DNA of 64,000 nt, from the NCBI GenBank assembly GCA_043228905.1, contig JBHGNT010000007.1:18290001-18354000 (forward strand), given 5' to 3'. The translations under genes and the position numbers were made by a program. This DNA is from Azolla caroliniana (lineage: Eukaryota; Plantae; Polypodiophyta). Under the pieces are notes generated by a model. It saw only the letters and a list, made by a program, of their open reading frames with translations. It was not told the origin of the DNA and made no database searches. Each line of letters opens with the position of its first letter. The stretch's first letter is position 1. Of this stretch, positions 12,137 to 23,200 are shown in pieces.

Positions 12137-13948
12137 TCCCGACCGGCAAGGGACCGGTTAGCACTCGAGGATCCGGCCGAAGACGGTGAAGAAACAGAAC
12201 CGGCCGAAGAAGATGAAAATGATACCGGAACCGGCCCCGATCCCGAAATGGATTCGGATGAAGAAGAATCGGAAGAACCGGTTACCGAAGCTCCGGAACG
12301 GAGATATCCTCTAAGAGAGAGAAGGGCCCCCCGGAGATTTCCGGAACCAGAGCACGTGCTGCTAACCGACGAGGGGGAGCCGGAGAGCTTTGAAGAAGCA
12401 AAACATGACACCCAGAGCCGCAGGTGGTTGAGTGCCATGCAGGACGAGATGGATTCCCTGCATGAGAACCACACATATGAACTTGTGGAGCTGCCGAAAG
12501 GAAAACGGGCACTCCGTAACAAGTGGGTGTTCAAGCTGAAACTGGGAGATGCCGAAAACCCCCCGAGATACAAAGCCAGGATCGTGGTGAAGGGGTTTCA
12601 GCAGAAGAAGGGCGTCGACTTCGACGAGATATTTGCCCCGGTAGTGAAGATGACCTCCATCCGGACGGTGCTGAGCATAGCGGCAAGCATGGACCTCGAG
12701 GTAGAACAGATGGACGTGAAGACGGCATTCCTTCATGGTGACCTCGATGAAGAGATCTACATGCAACAACCTGAAGGATTCGAGAAGAAAGGAAAGGAGC
12801 ACCTGGTATGTCGGTTGAAGAAGAGCCTTTACGGACTGAAGCAGGCTCCCCGGCAATGGTACCGGAAGTTCGACTCCTTCATGACCGACGAAGGGTACCT
12901 CAAAACGCAGTCCGACCACTGCGTGTTTGTGAAGAAGTTCGAAGGAGGAGACTTTCTAATACTCCTCCTGTACGTGGACGACATGTTGATCGTCGGACGG
13001 GACCAGGTCAAGATACGGATGCTGAAGAAGGCTCTTCACCGAACCTTCTCAATGAAGGACCTGGGTTCGGCGAGACAAATACTAGGGATGCACATCATCC
13101 GGGACCGGAAGAAGAAGCTGTTGTGGCTGTCACAGGAGAAGTACGTGACGAAGGTGCTTCACCGGTTCAACATTGCGGAAGCAAGACCGGTCGGATCGAC
13201 CCTCCCGGCAAACTGCAAGCTGTCCAGCAAGCAAAGTCCCAAGACAAAGGCTGAAAAGGAGGATATGATGAAAGTGCCGTATGCCTCAGCCGTCGGGAGC
13301 TTGATGTACGCCATGGTGTGTACGAGACCGGACATAGGATATGCAGTCGGAGTGGTGAGCCGGTACATGAGCAATCCCGGCAAAGAGCATTGGAACGCGG
13401 CCAAGTGGATACTCCGATACCTGAAGGGCACGACAAACGTGTGCCTCCGATTCGGCTCCGGTAAGCCCGAACTCGACGGCTTCACCGATTCGGATATGTC
13501 GGCTGATGCAGATACCAGCCGGTCCACATCAGGGTATGTGATGACGTATGCAGGGGGAGCTGTTTCATGGCAGTCGAGGCTGCAGAAGACGGTTGCGTTG
13601 TCAACCACGGAGGCGGAGTACATGGCAGCTGTTGAAGCCGGCAAGGAAGTAATATGGATCAAGGACTTCATTAGAGAGCTCGGTATCCGGCAGGAGGAGT
13701 ACCGACTCTACTGCGACAGTCAGAGTGCAATCCACCTTGCGAAGAACGCGGCCTATCACTCCCGGACGAAGCACATCCAGCGAAGATATCACTGGATCCG
13801 GGAAAGGATAGAAGACAAGGAGTTCGTGCTGACAAAGATCCACACGGACGAGAACGGGTCGGATATGCTGACCAAGGTGCTCACACCCGACAAGCTGGAA
13901 GCATGCCGGAAGAGGATCGGATTGGAGAGACATCCCATGCCGAAGTGA
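12137..13948 (+). CDS. Copia reverse transcriptase-RNase H, in the same frame as the upstream part and separated from it by one TAG
   Basis: YKARIVVKGF, QMDVKTAFLHG, LYGLKQAPRQW, LLYVDDML; RNase H GFTDSD, STTEAEY, YCDSQSAI, RTKHI. The frame is open from 12137 through ATG 12248. Confidence 0.93.
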   Translation, partial: SRPARDRLALEDPAEDGEETEPAEEDENDTGTGPDPEMDSDEEESEEPVTEAPERRYPLRERRAPRRFPEPEHVLLTDEGEPESFEEAKHDTQSRRWLSAMQDEMDSLHENHTYELVELPKGKRALRNKWVFKLKLGDAENPPRYKARIVVKGFQQKKGVDFDEIFAPVVKMTSIRTVLSIAASMDLEVEQMDVKTAFLHGDLDEEIYMQQPEGFEKKGKEHLVCRLKKSLYGLKQAPRQWYRKFDSFMTDEGYLKTQSDHCVFVKKFEGGDFLILLLYVDDMLIVGRDQVKIRMLKKALHRTFSMKDLGSARQILGMHIIRDRKKKLLWLSQEKYVTKVLHRFNIAEARPVGSTLPANCKLSSKQSPKTKAEKEDMMKVPYASAVGSLMYAMVCTRPDIGYAVGVVSRYMSNPGKEHWNAAKWILRYLKGTTNVCLRFGSGKPELDGFTDSDMSADADTSRSTSGYVMTYAGGAVSWQSRLQKTVALSTTEAEYMAAVEAGKEVIWIKDFIRELGIRQEEYRLYCDSQSAIHLAKNAAYHSRTKHIQRRYHWIRERIEDKEFVLTKIHTDENGSDMLTKVLTPDKLEACRKRIGLERHPMPK

Positions 13949-13958
13949 AGGGGGAGTT

Positions 13959-14572
13959 TGTTGGGATTTCGGTCCCTTCGGATGGGATGGTCGGATGTCG
14001 GAGGCCAATGCCGACAAGCCCGGTTTCGGTTTCGGAACCGGATGATGAAGACCCCGACTTCGGAGTCGGATGACGAATGTACCCGAAGAAGAAATCCGGA
14101 TGCAGGGACATATCCGTGAATATGTCTGCTAAGGGCCCCTCTGAGGCTATAGTTGTAAATAGCCCTAAAGTCATATATGTATAAATATGACTTAGGGCAA
14201 ACAGTTTTAGTGTTGCTACCCTTTTTTTCTGTTTTTCCACTCTAGAGGAGTGAAGAGAGAGAGCAGCCGTGAGAGAGAGAGAGCAGCCGTGAGAGAGAGA
14301 GAGAGGAAGAGGTCGACGCCTCTATGTATTTCCGCCGCCTGTGGCGAGGACAACGAGCTCAAGGTCGTCGCCTTGCAGCTCGCCATTGTATACTTCTTTT
14401 GTATAGTGTTGGTTTGGAGTCTTGTACTCCCGTGGTTTTTCCCATCTAGGGTTTTCCACGTTAATCCTTGTGTTCGCGTTTGTTTCTTCGTTTGGTTCCT
14501 ATTTTCTGCTGCATTGATCCGCGATTACTCGGTTGTGGCCGAGTGGTGAAGGTGAATCGAAGCGTCGATTCC
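13959..14572 (+). repeat. 3' LTR of the copia element, truncated by 5 nt at its 3' end
   Basis: Follows the PPT and matches the 5' LTR up to ...GTCGATTCC; the terminal CAACA and the target-site duplication are absent. Confidence 0.92.
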
Positions 14573-15406
14573 GTAATCGAACACATGACAAGAAGGGTAA
14601 CGCACAAATATTAGAAGTATGGTTAACCGATGTAACAAAATATTGGATTACAAGTACAAAGAATGCCCTTTATAAAATGGGGTTTTCGATTACAAAGGGA
14701 AGGGGGGGATTTACAATGGTGGCAACTTCAAGTTAACCATGAGCTCAACAAGCGTAAGGAAATGAATGGTGTGATATAGTATAGGCCCTCACAACATGAC
14801 GAAGGCTTTACCCAAACATCGAAGATAACATGAGCACATGAGCACACGAACACCAAACGATGAACACACGAACCACCAACAATGAACACAGTAACCACCC
14901 ACGACGAAGAAGAAGGGAGAAGAAGAGCACTCCTCAAACAAGAAAAACCAAAAAGAGTTAGAGAAGAAGAAAAAGAACTCAAGAAACCCTAGAATCCCGA
15001 AATCTCTTCCAAATTTTGAACCCCTTAAAATGAGCTCCCTTCATCCTTTTATACGAGGAGGGCACCTCATTTGCATTAAGTCGAATAACCCTACACCTTC
15101 TACACACATTGAATGGCCCTAAACCATTAGGTCATTCACTTTTATTAATTTTATATTTATACATTTACAATTTGTCGCTTCCCTTGTGTTGCCTCTTTTC
15201 CCACATGGTACACATTGTCTCTCTCTTACTTTTTCACACACGCTTTCACTCCATTCGTTATCCTCTTTTTAGCCACTTTCCCACCTTCGGGCCTGCCACA
15301 TCACGACAACGCTAATTAATAAACCTCATCATCTAATGACCTTTCGTTGTCGTTATCTATTATTTTACTCTAGGAGCGTTCCGATGGTAAAAACAAGTTC
15401 TCTACA
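14573..15406 (-). mobile_element. Probable solo LTR of a different family, in reverse orientation
   Basis: On the minus strand it starts TGTAGAGAAC (15406) and ends ...TCGATTAC with the final A missing; internal TATAAAAG. It shares colinear blocks with 28470-29566 (tgatgtggc, agaaggtgtagg, tataaaa...gctcatttt, aaaccc.attt). Confidence 0.55.
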
Positions 15407-15490
15407 AGCCATCATGTTCATCGAAAAGAGTTACGAGTAGTTGATTGGTTTTGTCAATTCTCTCTCTCCTCTTTTACCGTCATTAATCAA

Positions 15491-15801
15491 GAATTCTCTC
15501 CACCCCGATCTCCAAGCTCTTGTAATGTGAGACGCTACCCCGAGCTGGTCGGAATGCCGGCAAGCAGAACAATTACGGAACAATACATTAATTAGGAATT
15601 CTCTCCACCCCGATCTCCAAACTCTCGTAATGCGAGACGCTACCCCGAGCTAGTCGGAATGCCAACAAGTAGAACAATTACCGAACAATGGATTGTGACA
15701 TTTATTAGGAATTCTCTCCACCCCGATCTCTAGCTCTTGTAATGCGAGACACTGCCCCGAGTTGGTCGGAATGCCGGCAATCAAACAATTACCGAACAAT
15801 G
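15491..15801. repeat. Three ~105-113 bp tandem repeats in the presumed promoter of the aldolase-fusion gene
   Basis: Unit 'gaattctctccaccccgatctc...gtaatg.gagac.ct.ccccgag...gtcggaatgcc..caa...aacaattac.gaacaat' at ~15491, ~15596 and ~15709. Confidence 0.9.
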
Positions 15802-16200
15802 TACCGCCTCGAGAAGCCAAGGCCTCCACAACTTAGTGGCCGGCGCATTCGAGTGAATAGCGGGCGCAATCGGCTCGAAACTGAGTTCACTCGGCGATGA
15901 TCGGAGAGATAAAAGTGAAAGTCTAGTCTTCTGTTCTGCACATCGGATCGCGGTTCGATTTCTCCCGAGAAATGGCTTTTTCAAGTCTTTTTCAAATAAA
16001 TTAAACAAAAAAGTACACTGCTACCAAGTTGGAATAATTTGTGACTTTTTGATTTCTTTTGGGTGTTTTTTTTTTTTTTTTTTTTGCAATGGATGAAGTA
16101 TCATAGAAAACCTCTTCTTATGTCATTTGTATTAATCTTTTTTTTTTTGTTTTGAAATTTTTTGCTGCTGCTCTCGTCCTCTGGCATCTTTCTTCTAGCT

Positions 16201-17140
16201 ATGGCTTCTCAGATCGGAGCCCGTTTAGGGCTTGTTACTGCAGATCCTCATGGTCACCTTGTAGCTCAGAAGCTCTCCATCAGCCATCTCAATGTCAATC
16301 TATTTGAGGTAAAGATTCCAACCTATGAATCAAACATGACCTTTTGTTTTCTTTACCTCCTTTGCTTGAGAATTTATCAACATTGTGCTTTCTATTTCTA
16401 TTTTGATTTTTTTGCAATCTAGAATGATAGTTTTTTTATTTCTCCAAAATATGGCCAGCGTCCAATTCTGCTTCTTATGCACAAGAAATTTCTACCGTTT
16501 TATTTTCTTTGCTGCCTAAATTTAAGTATTTTCTAAGCCACAAGATAATCAGCCCCCAATTCTGCTTCTTATGTGCAAAAATATGTCACCATTTTGTTTT
16601 TTTGCAACCTAAATTTATAGTTTCTTTCCTCCACAATATAATCAACATCTAACTCTGCTCCATTTGCATAAGAATTTGTCACCATTTTGTTTTGGGCACC
16701 ATCTTTTGTTTTTGCAACACAGGCTCTAAATATGATCAACATCCAATTTTGCTTGTTTTTATAAGAGTTTCTTGCCATCTTGTTTTCTTTTTTGCAATCT
16801 AGATTTACAATTTGTTTTTTCAAATATGACAAACACCCAATTCTGCTTCTTGCATCAGAATTTATCAGCACTTGTTTTTTGCGATTTAGTTTTATAGAAT
16901 TTGTTTTTAAATGTAATAATATCCTTCTTTGGATACGAATTTGTCACTAGAAATTTTTGCTTCTTTGGATAAGAAGCTGTCAACGTTTTCCCCCCAAATG
17001 CGCAACATGAATTTTTGGCTTCTTTGCATAAGAATTTGTCATCAATTTTTTTTTGCAATTTAGAGTAACAGTTTGATTTTTTCTCCAAAATATGTTCAAT
17101 GTGAAAATTTTTCGTTTCCTTTCATATGGATTTTTCTGCA

Positions 17141-17209
<69 letters not shown>

Positions 17210-20200
17210 CTCGCTTTGGAGACATTTCCATTCTGGATCGACCTATGCTAGAGATCTTTCGAAGACAAAAGCTACAATATACCTAATTTGAGGATCTCAC
17301 ATGTGCCAAAAACCAGATTCCCTCATTAATTTTCTTTTCATGTTATTTACTTTTATATTTACTGTGTAATATTTATTTCATTTTGATTTGTTCTCAAGAC
17401 GAGACAACACTTAAGATGTAATCTTTTATTTGGTCTTATAGGCCATTTTGGCCTCTTAAAAGACGTTAATATATCTTTCTTTCTTTCTTTCTCTCTCTCT
17501 CTCTCTACATATATATATATATATATATATTTCTTCTAAACTATGATTACTTTTAAAAATTGCTTCCTTCATAAGAATTTGCCACCATTTTTGTTGCAAT
17601 CTAGATTTAAAATTAGTCTTTGTATTTGCAACATATGATTGATATGGAATTTTTTACTGATGACAATTTATCTAGTTTTTGCTTTCTTATTTTGACCGTT
17701 TCGTATTTTGCATGATATGAAATGGTTTTTGCATAAGAATCTCTAAAGTTCGTTTATCATTTTGACCATTTTTTTGCAATTTTAGATTTATATTTTTTCT
17801 TTTGCAAGCTGTGAGAAACATGTATTTTTGTTTCTTGCATAAGAATATGTCAAGTTTTCATTATTATGTTTTTGCAAGGTATGATCAATGTGGAATTCGC
17901 TTCTTCCAACGAATTTCTCAAGTTTTTGTTTTTTGTTTTGATTTTCTTTTTGCAATTTAGATTTGTAAAGTGTACTTCTATTCTTGATTTCTCTTCTTGC
18001 ATACACATTTGTCAAGCTTATTTGACGTGGACCATTTTTCAGCACCATTTTTTTGCTACATGATGCATATGTATATAGCTTGAGGGCAGATTTATCTCTA
18101 CAATTTTCTTGATACATCTAAACATTAGTATTTGAGAGGACACAAATTCAGAAGATTTTTTTGCAATGGGACCCGCAACAATGAGGGAGAAGATTTTTAT
18201 TTTCAAAATAGTGATGCTGCATCTATACATGATTTTCTTTAAGTGTTATGTTCACAATAACCACAAATATGGCACATTTGTTGGCAGATTGATCCCAGGC
18301 CTAGAAATGAAGGCCCCAAGAATCCGAACCTGGTGCAATGCACTAGCACTGCTGAGGCAGCTGAAGGTTTGCAATCTGCACACTCTCAAATGCATGTCAT
18401 GAGTATACCTTTTTTGAGAAATTATGCCTATTTGAGGATTGGTTGTTTTGGAGAGAGGATGGGTATATATTCTGGCCAATTTTGCTTGTTTTAAGCATTG
18501 AGAGAGCATGAACATTAAGCATATGCATTATTCTTTTGGACAGAACATGAGTACATGTTCAATTGTGCTTGTTTTAAGAATGTCAAGTTTTTTGGATAAA
18601 TTAGCTTGCTTTCAGCATTATGATTTTTTGTGGATACAGAAGAAGGGTTGGTTACTAATAAACACAAATACGTTTTCTGATAAAAAAGTTGGAAGGTTAT
18701 GTGTCTTCCTTTAAGTAATGCATGGAAATCCTACATGGAGAGACATTCAATACTGCTAGATTGTCCATAGTATATGATGATGAAATTCTATATGCAACCT
18801 TCTGGTTTTGAAACAGGCTGTGGAATACTAATTATCATGATTTCTGACCTCATCGAATTGGACGCTGTTATTACCGATGTTCTCTCAGGTGTATCAAAGG
18901 AATTAGGATCCATTTTTCACAGTAATTTTATCATTTACTTCATGTAACGTTTTCTGACTACAAATTTGTACTATAATTTCAGTTGTTGCAGATCAAACTG
19001 TGATAATTATCTGTGGAGGATTCTCTCCTACGTATATCACAACTTTGGCGAAAAGGATATCAGGTATATTTTTGTCCTCCTTGTCGGTATTAGCTTTTAC
19101 ATACTCTTTAAGAAATCTTATTGGATAATCTTTGACATTTCATTGGAAGCCCTTACCGTCAATTGCATCTGCTGATAATGCACATATAGGCAATGCTTAA
19201 GTTCATTTTTCTGTAGCATCTATATGAAAGATGTCTCTGAACTAGGAATCTTTCTCAGATGCAATAAGAAGAACTTCAGCACATGAAAAAGATAGAACCA
19301 GAAAATACAACACACCAAATATATAGTATATAAGAAATTGAAACAATCTTTATGAACAAATGACACAAGATTAGCAGCGACTTATAGAAGCTCAAGATGA
19401 AATGAAGATTCTGAAATCTTTGTATGAAATGGAAGACTTGCTTAACACTTGTCGGAGTTGAAGCATGCATTTCCCTGCAGTTGTGTTGGCAGTAAACATC
19501 TGCTTCACTGTCACTTGGAAGAATGAGTGGGCCTTGAGGGCCAAAGCTATTAGGACCTCTGTCTCTCTTCAATAGAAAATGTGTAGAACTAACATAAACC
19601 CCTGTTTTTCTTAAAATCAAAGGTTTTCCTTATCTTATATATTACAACAAATTGTTCAATGTCTTTTGAGATATCCTAATAGATGATGAAGGTGGATTGC
19701 AGTGTCTCCCCTATCCATCAGGAATATCTTTAATGGTGATAGAAGTTGCGTAGATAACCCCCCATTTTTCATAAAATGAAAGGTTGCGGTTGTCTTATAT
19801 ACGACTTTTAAGATACTTCAAAATTACTCTTTTAGCTTGTTTTAACCTCTTTATTTTTTCCTGAATTTACCTAGTCAGAATGCCACATTTTGTTACCAAT
19901 GGTATTTGTTTTAATGCTCCAATAAGTTAGAACAGTAATGGAAATATTTGATCTTATGCTCACAATGTGCCAAAACTCTGACATTTAAATATATGATCAG
20001 CTAAGAATTTTCCTTTTACAGAAAAACAGGAAACTTTGCTGTTGATAAATGCAGTTATTTCTTTTGATTCAAACTCTGTTGTGAAGGTATGCCTATTGGC
20101 ATGTCATTGTTTTTTCATAGCAGTTTCCATGATCTATGTGATTCTTGTTTCAGTTTTATTTCTCATGCCATATTCCCTTGGAACCTTCTATTTTGTATTT

Positions 20201-23200
20201 ACCCAGATGTTGGCATCTGGCACTATCAAAGCCTTGGAAAAAACAGGCAGTGCACTTTCAGGTAAATTTATCTTTTGAGTGGTAATTGATTAATTTAGCA
20301 GGAGCGTTTTTTAAAGAATATTTCATAAATGATAAGTATAATTATAGTAATTGTTTTGTCTCTGTTTTAAAACTTAACCACAGATATTAAATTTTTGCAG
20401 TTTTCTGGATTTCATTTTTGTAATATGAAGTTCCATGTGCTATCATTTCATGTCGATGATTTCTCTTGAGAATCTCACATGAGCTGAAAACCAGTTTCCC
20501 TCATCTCTTTTTATCTTATTTACTTTTATATTTACGAAGTAATATTTATTTTATTTTGATTTGTTGTTCTCAAAGACGAGACAACACTTAAGATGTAATC
20601 TCTTGTTTGGTCTTATAAGCCATTTTGGCCTCTTAAAAGACGTTAATATATCTTTCTTTCTTTCTTATATAAGTTTTAATGCAATAATACTTTGGAAAAA
20701 CTCATCCATGGAAGATATTTGAGCCTTTGGCTAGTACGCCTATGAGCTAGTTATTGTTTTTTTTTCCGTAGTGAAATTTCACACAGGTTTGTCACTCTGA
20801 GGGATATTCATGCACAGAGGGTAGAGTCAATGCAGTAAAGAGGCAAGAAAGAAAGAAAGAAAGAAAGAAAGATATATTAACGTCTTTTAAGAGGCCAAAA
20901 TGGCCTATAAGACCGAATAAGAGATTACATCTTAAATGTTTTCTCGTCTTTGAGAACAAATCAAAATAAAGTAAATATTACACAATAAATATAAAAGTAA
21001 ATAAGATGAAGAGAAAAGAGACGAGAGAATCTGGTTTTTGGCACATGCGAGATTCTCAAGTTAGGTGTATTGTAGCCTCTGTCTCCGAAAGATCTCTATC
21101 ATAGGTCGATCTAGAATGGAAATGTCTCCAAAGCGAGGGAAGCACCTACGATGGCGGGAGATAATGGCTTTTGAGAAAATGTCATTATCCAACAAGAGGA
21201 GCTAGCCAGATGCCTTTTTGAGAGATTAAGTTGCTAGTTCATACATATGATTACTAGCTTGTTGTTAGAAAAACTGTGAATAACAGCAGCGGAGCAATTG
21301 TTAAAACCAATTAGACACAGCTAACCTGTGAGAAGGCTGTTAGACAGCAGTAGAAAAAATGGTTGCAAAGAGTAGAGGCACAACCAAAGAGTAGAGCTTG
21401 TTTTTAAGTAGCAACCAAAGTAAAAGTCTTTACAAAAGAGGCTGGTATAGCCTATTTATACAAAATTAGGGAAAGTGGGTGAAATGGTTGTTTGGTAGTT
21501 AAGTGACTCTTGTACTACCAAACAGGTACAATAAACTAGGAATAAGAGGGAATATCTTGGAAAAAGTGGAAGAGAGAAAAGGCATTTAAAGCGTTGCAGA
21601 TTCTAGAGAGAGAAGGCATTTAAAAAGTTGCAGATTCTAGAGAGAGAAGAATCTGGGAAGAGAGAGAATGTAGTATAGAGATAATAAAGATGAAAGAGAG
21701 TGCAGGTCTGGAGCTGCCACCCTCCAACACTTGTAAGATCAGGGTCAAGTAATGAATGTGACTGTTGCATGTATTTTAACTCAACTTCTCCATTCTTGTT
21801 GTCTGCTAGCTGACATGGGAATTCTATTGTAGCTTTTCTATCTTTTTGAAAATGCCTGTTTATCCAGCAAAGAGATAGAAAACTGACATTCTATGGTCTT
21901 CTTACTAGCCATATGCAAGGATTATGTTCAAATCGAAGGGGATGTAGGTGCAGCCAGGTATTTCTGTTTTCCTTCAGGGTTTATATAGTTAAGATCTGTA
22001 AAAAATGGCAACTTCTGACAAATAATGCTTATTTATGGCATTACACGTCATGATTCTGTTTGCTTGTATGATTACCCCACACACATATGATAGCATATAC
22101 ATGCCATATACTCAGTCAAATATAAATATTTTACTAGGTAAAAATGTTATCATATTTTGTTTTGAATATTACCCTAAATGCTAACATTTGTTTGCCCTGC
22201 AGCAAGGTGTGGATGGTTGAAAAACTTTTAGTAGCTGTACACATCACTGCTGCTGCAGAAGCCATAGTGCTGGGTGCAACTGCTGGAATAAACACCAGAG
22301 ATCTTTATGAGATTATAACAAATGCAGCAGGCAGTTCACAGTAAGTCTTAGCAGGAGACACCGAAATCCTGTTTTTCTGTAACATGAAAATACAAATATT
22401 TTAAAAGTTATCATTGGACTGAAAACAGGAACTGACTTTGCAATGCTCATACGTTTGTGGACGAGTGTATTAACATATTCAATACTTGATTGGGGTTTTT
22501 TGGAGGGAGAAGGAGATAATACTAATAATTATAGAAGCAGTAAATAGTAAATTATGTTACGAGTACAAAAAGAAAAACGTCTTTCTCCTCTAGTTTCCTA
22601 TAATTAAATACATATCCAACACAAAGGTCTGCTGATCACTGGACTGAAATTATGGACCTGAAGGCAAATTGGAAACTGCAAATATCTTGATCAATCAACC
22701 AAACATGCTATATACATTTTGGATTCTTTTTGTAAGAAAGAAATTCTATTATAATTGCTAGTTATATGGAGAAATATGAAAAATATATTAATGTCTCAAC
22801 AGAACCATAACACAAGTACAAGATTACAACTGTCTATGTTAAAGTCATCTATGTGAGTACAAAAAGAAAACCGTCTTTCTCCTCTAGTTTCTTAAAATTA
22901 AATGCACAGCCAACACAAAGGTCTGCTGATTATTGGACTGAAATTATGGAGCTCCAAAAGTAACTTCTGAGGTCCGGAGCTAACATTCTCCTCCAGGTAA
23001 ATCAGAAAGAAAGAAAGATACATTGAGGCCAAAATGGCCTATAAAACCAAACAAAAGATTACATCTTAAGCGTTGTCAAGTTTTTGAGAACAACAAACCA
23101 AAATGAATGTTACTAATTAAAAAGTAAATAAGATAAAAAGTGACTAAAGAATCTTGTTATCGGTTCATGTAAGATTCTCAATTCAGATATATTGTACTTT

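Larger units (their letters stand above)
9246..14572 (+). mobile_element. Young Ty1/copia LTR retrotransposon, near full length
   Basis: 5' LTR 9246-9844 (TGTTGG...CCAACA); PBS TGGTATCAGAGC at 9848-9859 (tRNA-iMet type); gag-pol from ATG 9875 to 13948; PPT GAAGGGGGAG at 13947-13956; 3' LTR 13959-14572, lacking its last 5 nt. The LTRs differ by two G/A transitions and one 20-bp duplication, as far as I could see. Confidence 0.97.

Noticed and set aside
9928-14549. Numerous overlapping ORFs in the copia and its LTRs, including a possible env-like or antisense gene
   Set aside because: Expected in GC-rich coding DNA; the PPT follows the pol stop directly, leaving no room for an extra ORF.
16980-17291. 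ORFs with (RE)n or (SL)n runs
   Set aside because: Translations of the (CT)n microsatellite plus a LINE end.
22561-22950. ~95-bp direct duplication in intron 8 (22561-22657 and 22855-22950)
   Set aside because: Real, but there are no TG...CA ends, PBS or PPT to make it a TRIM; treated as an ordinary local duplication.
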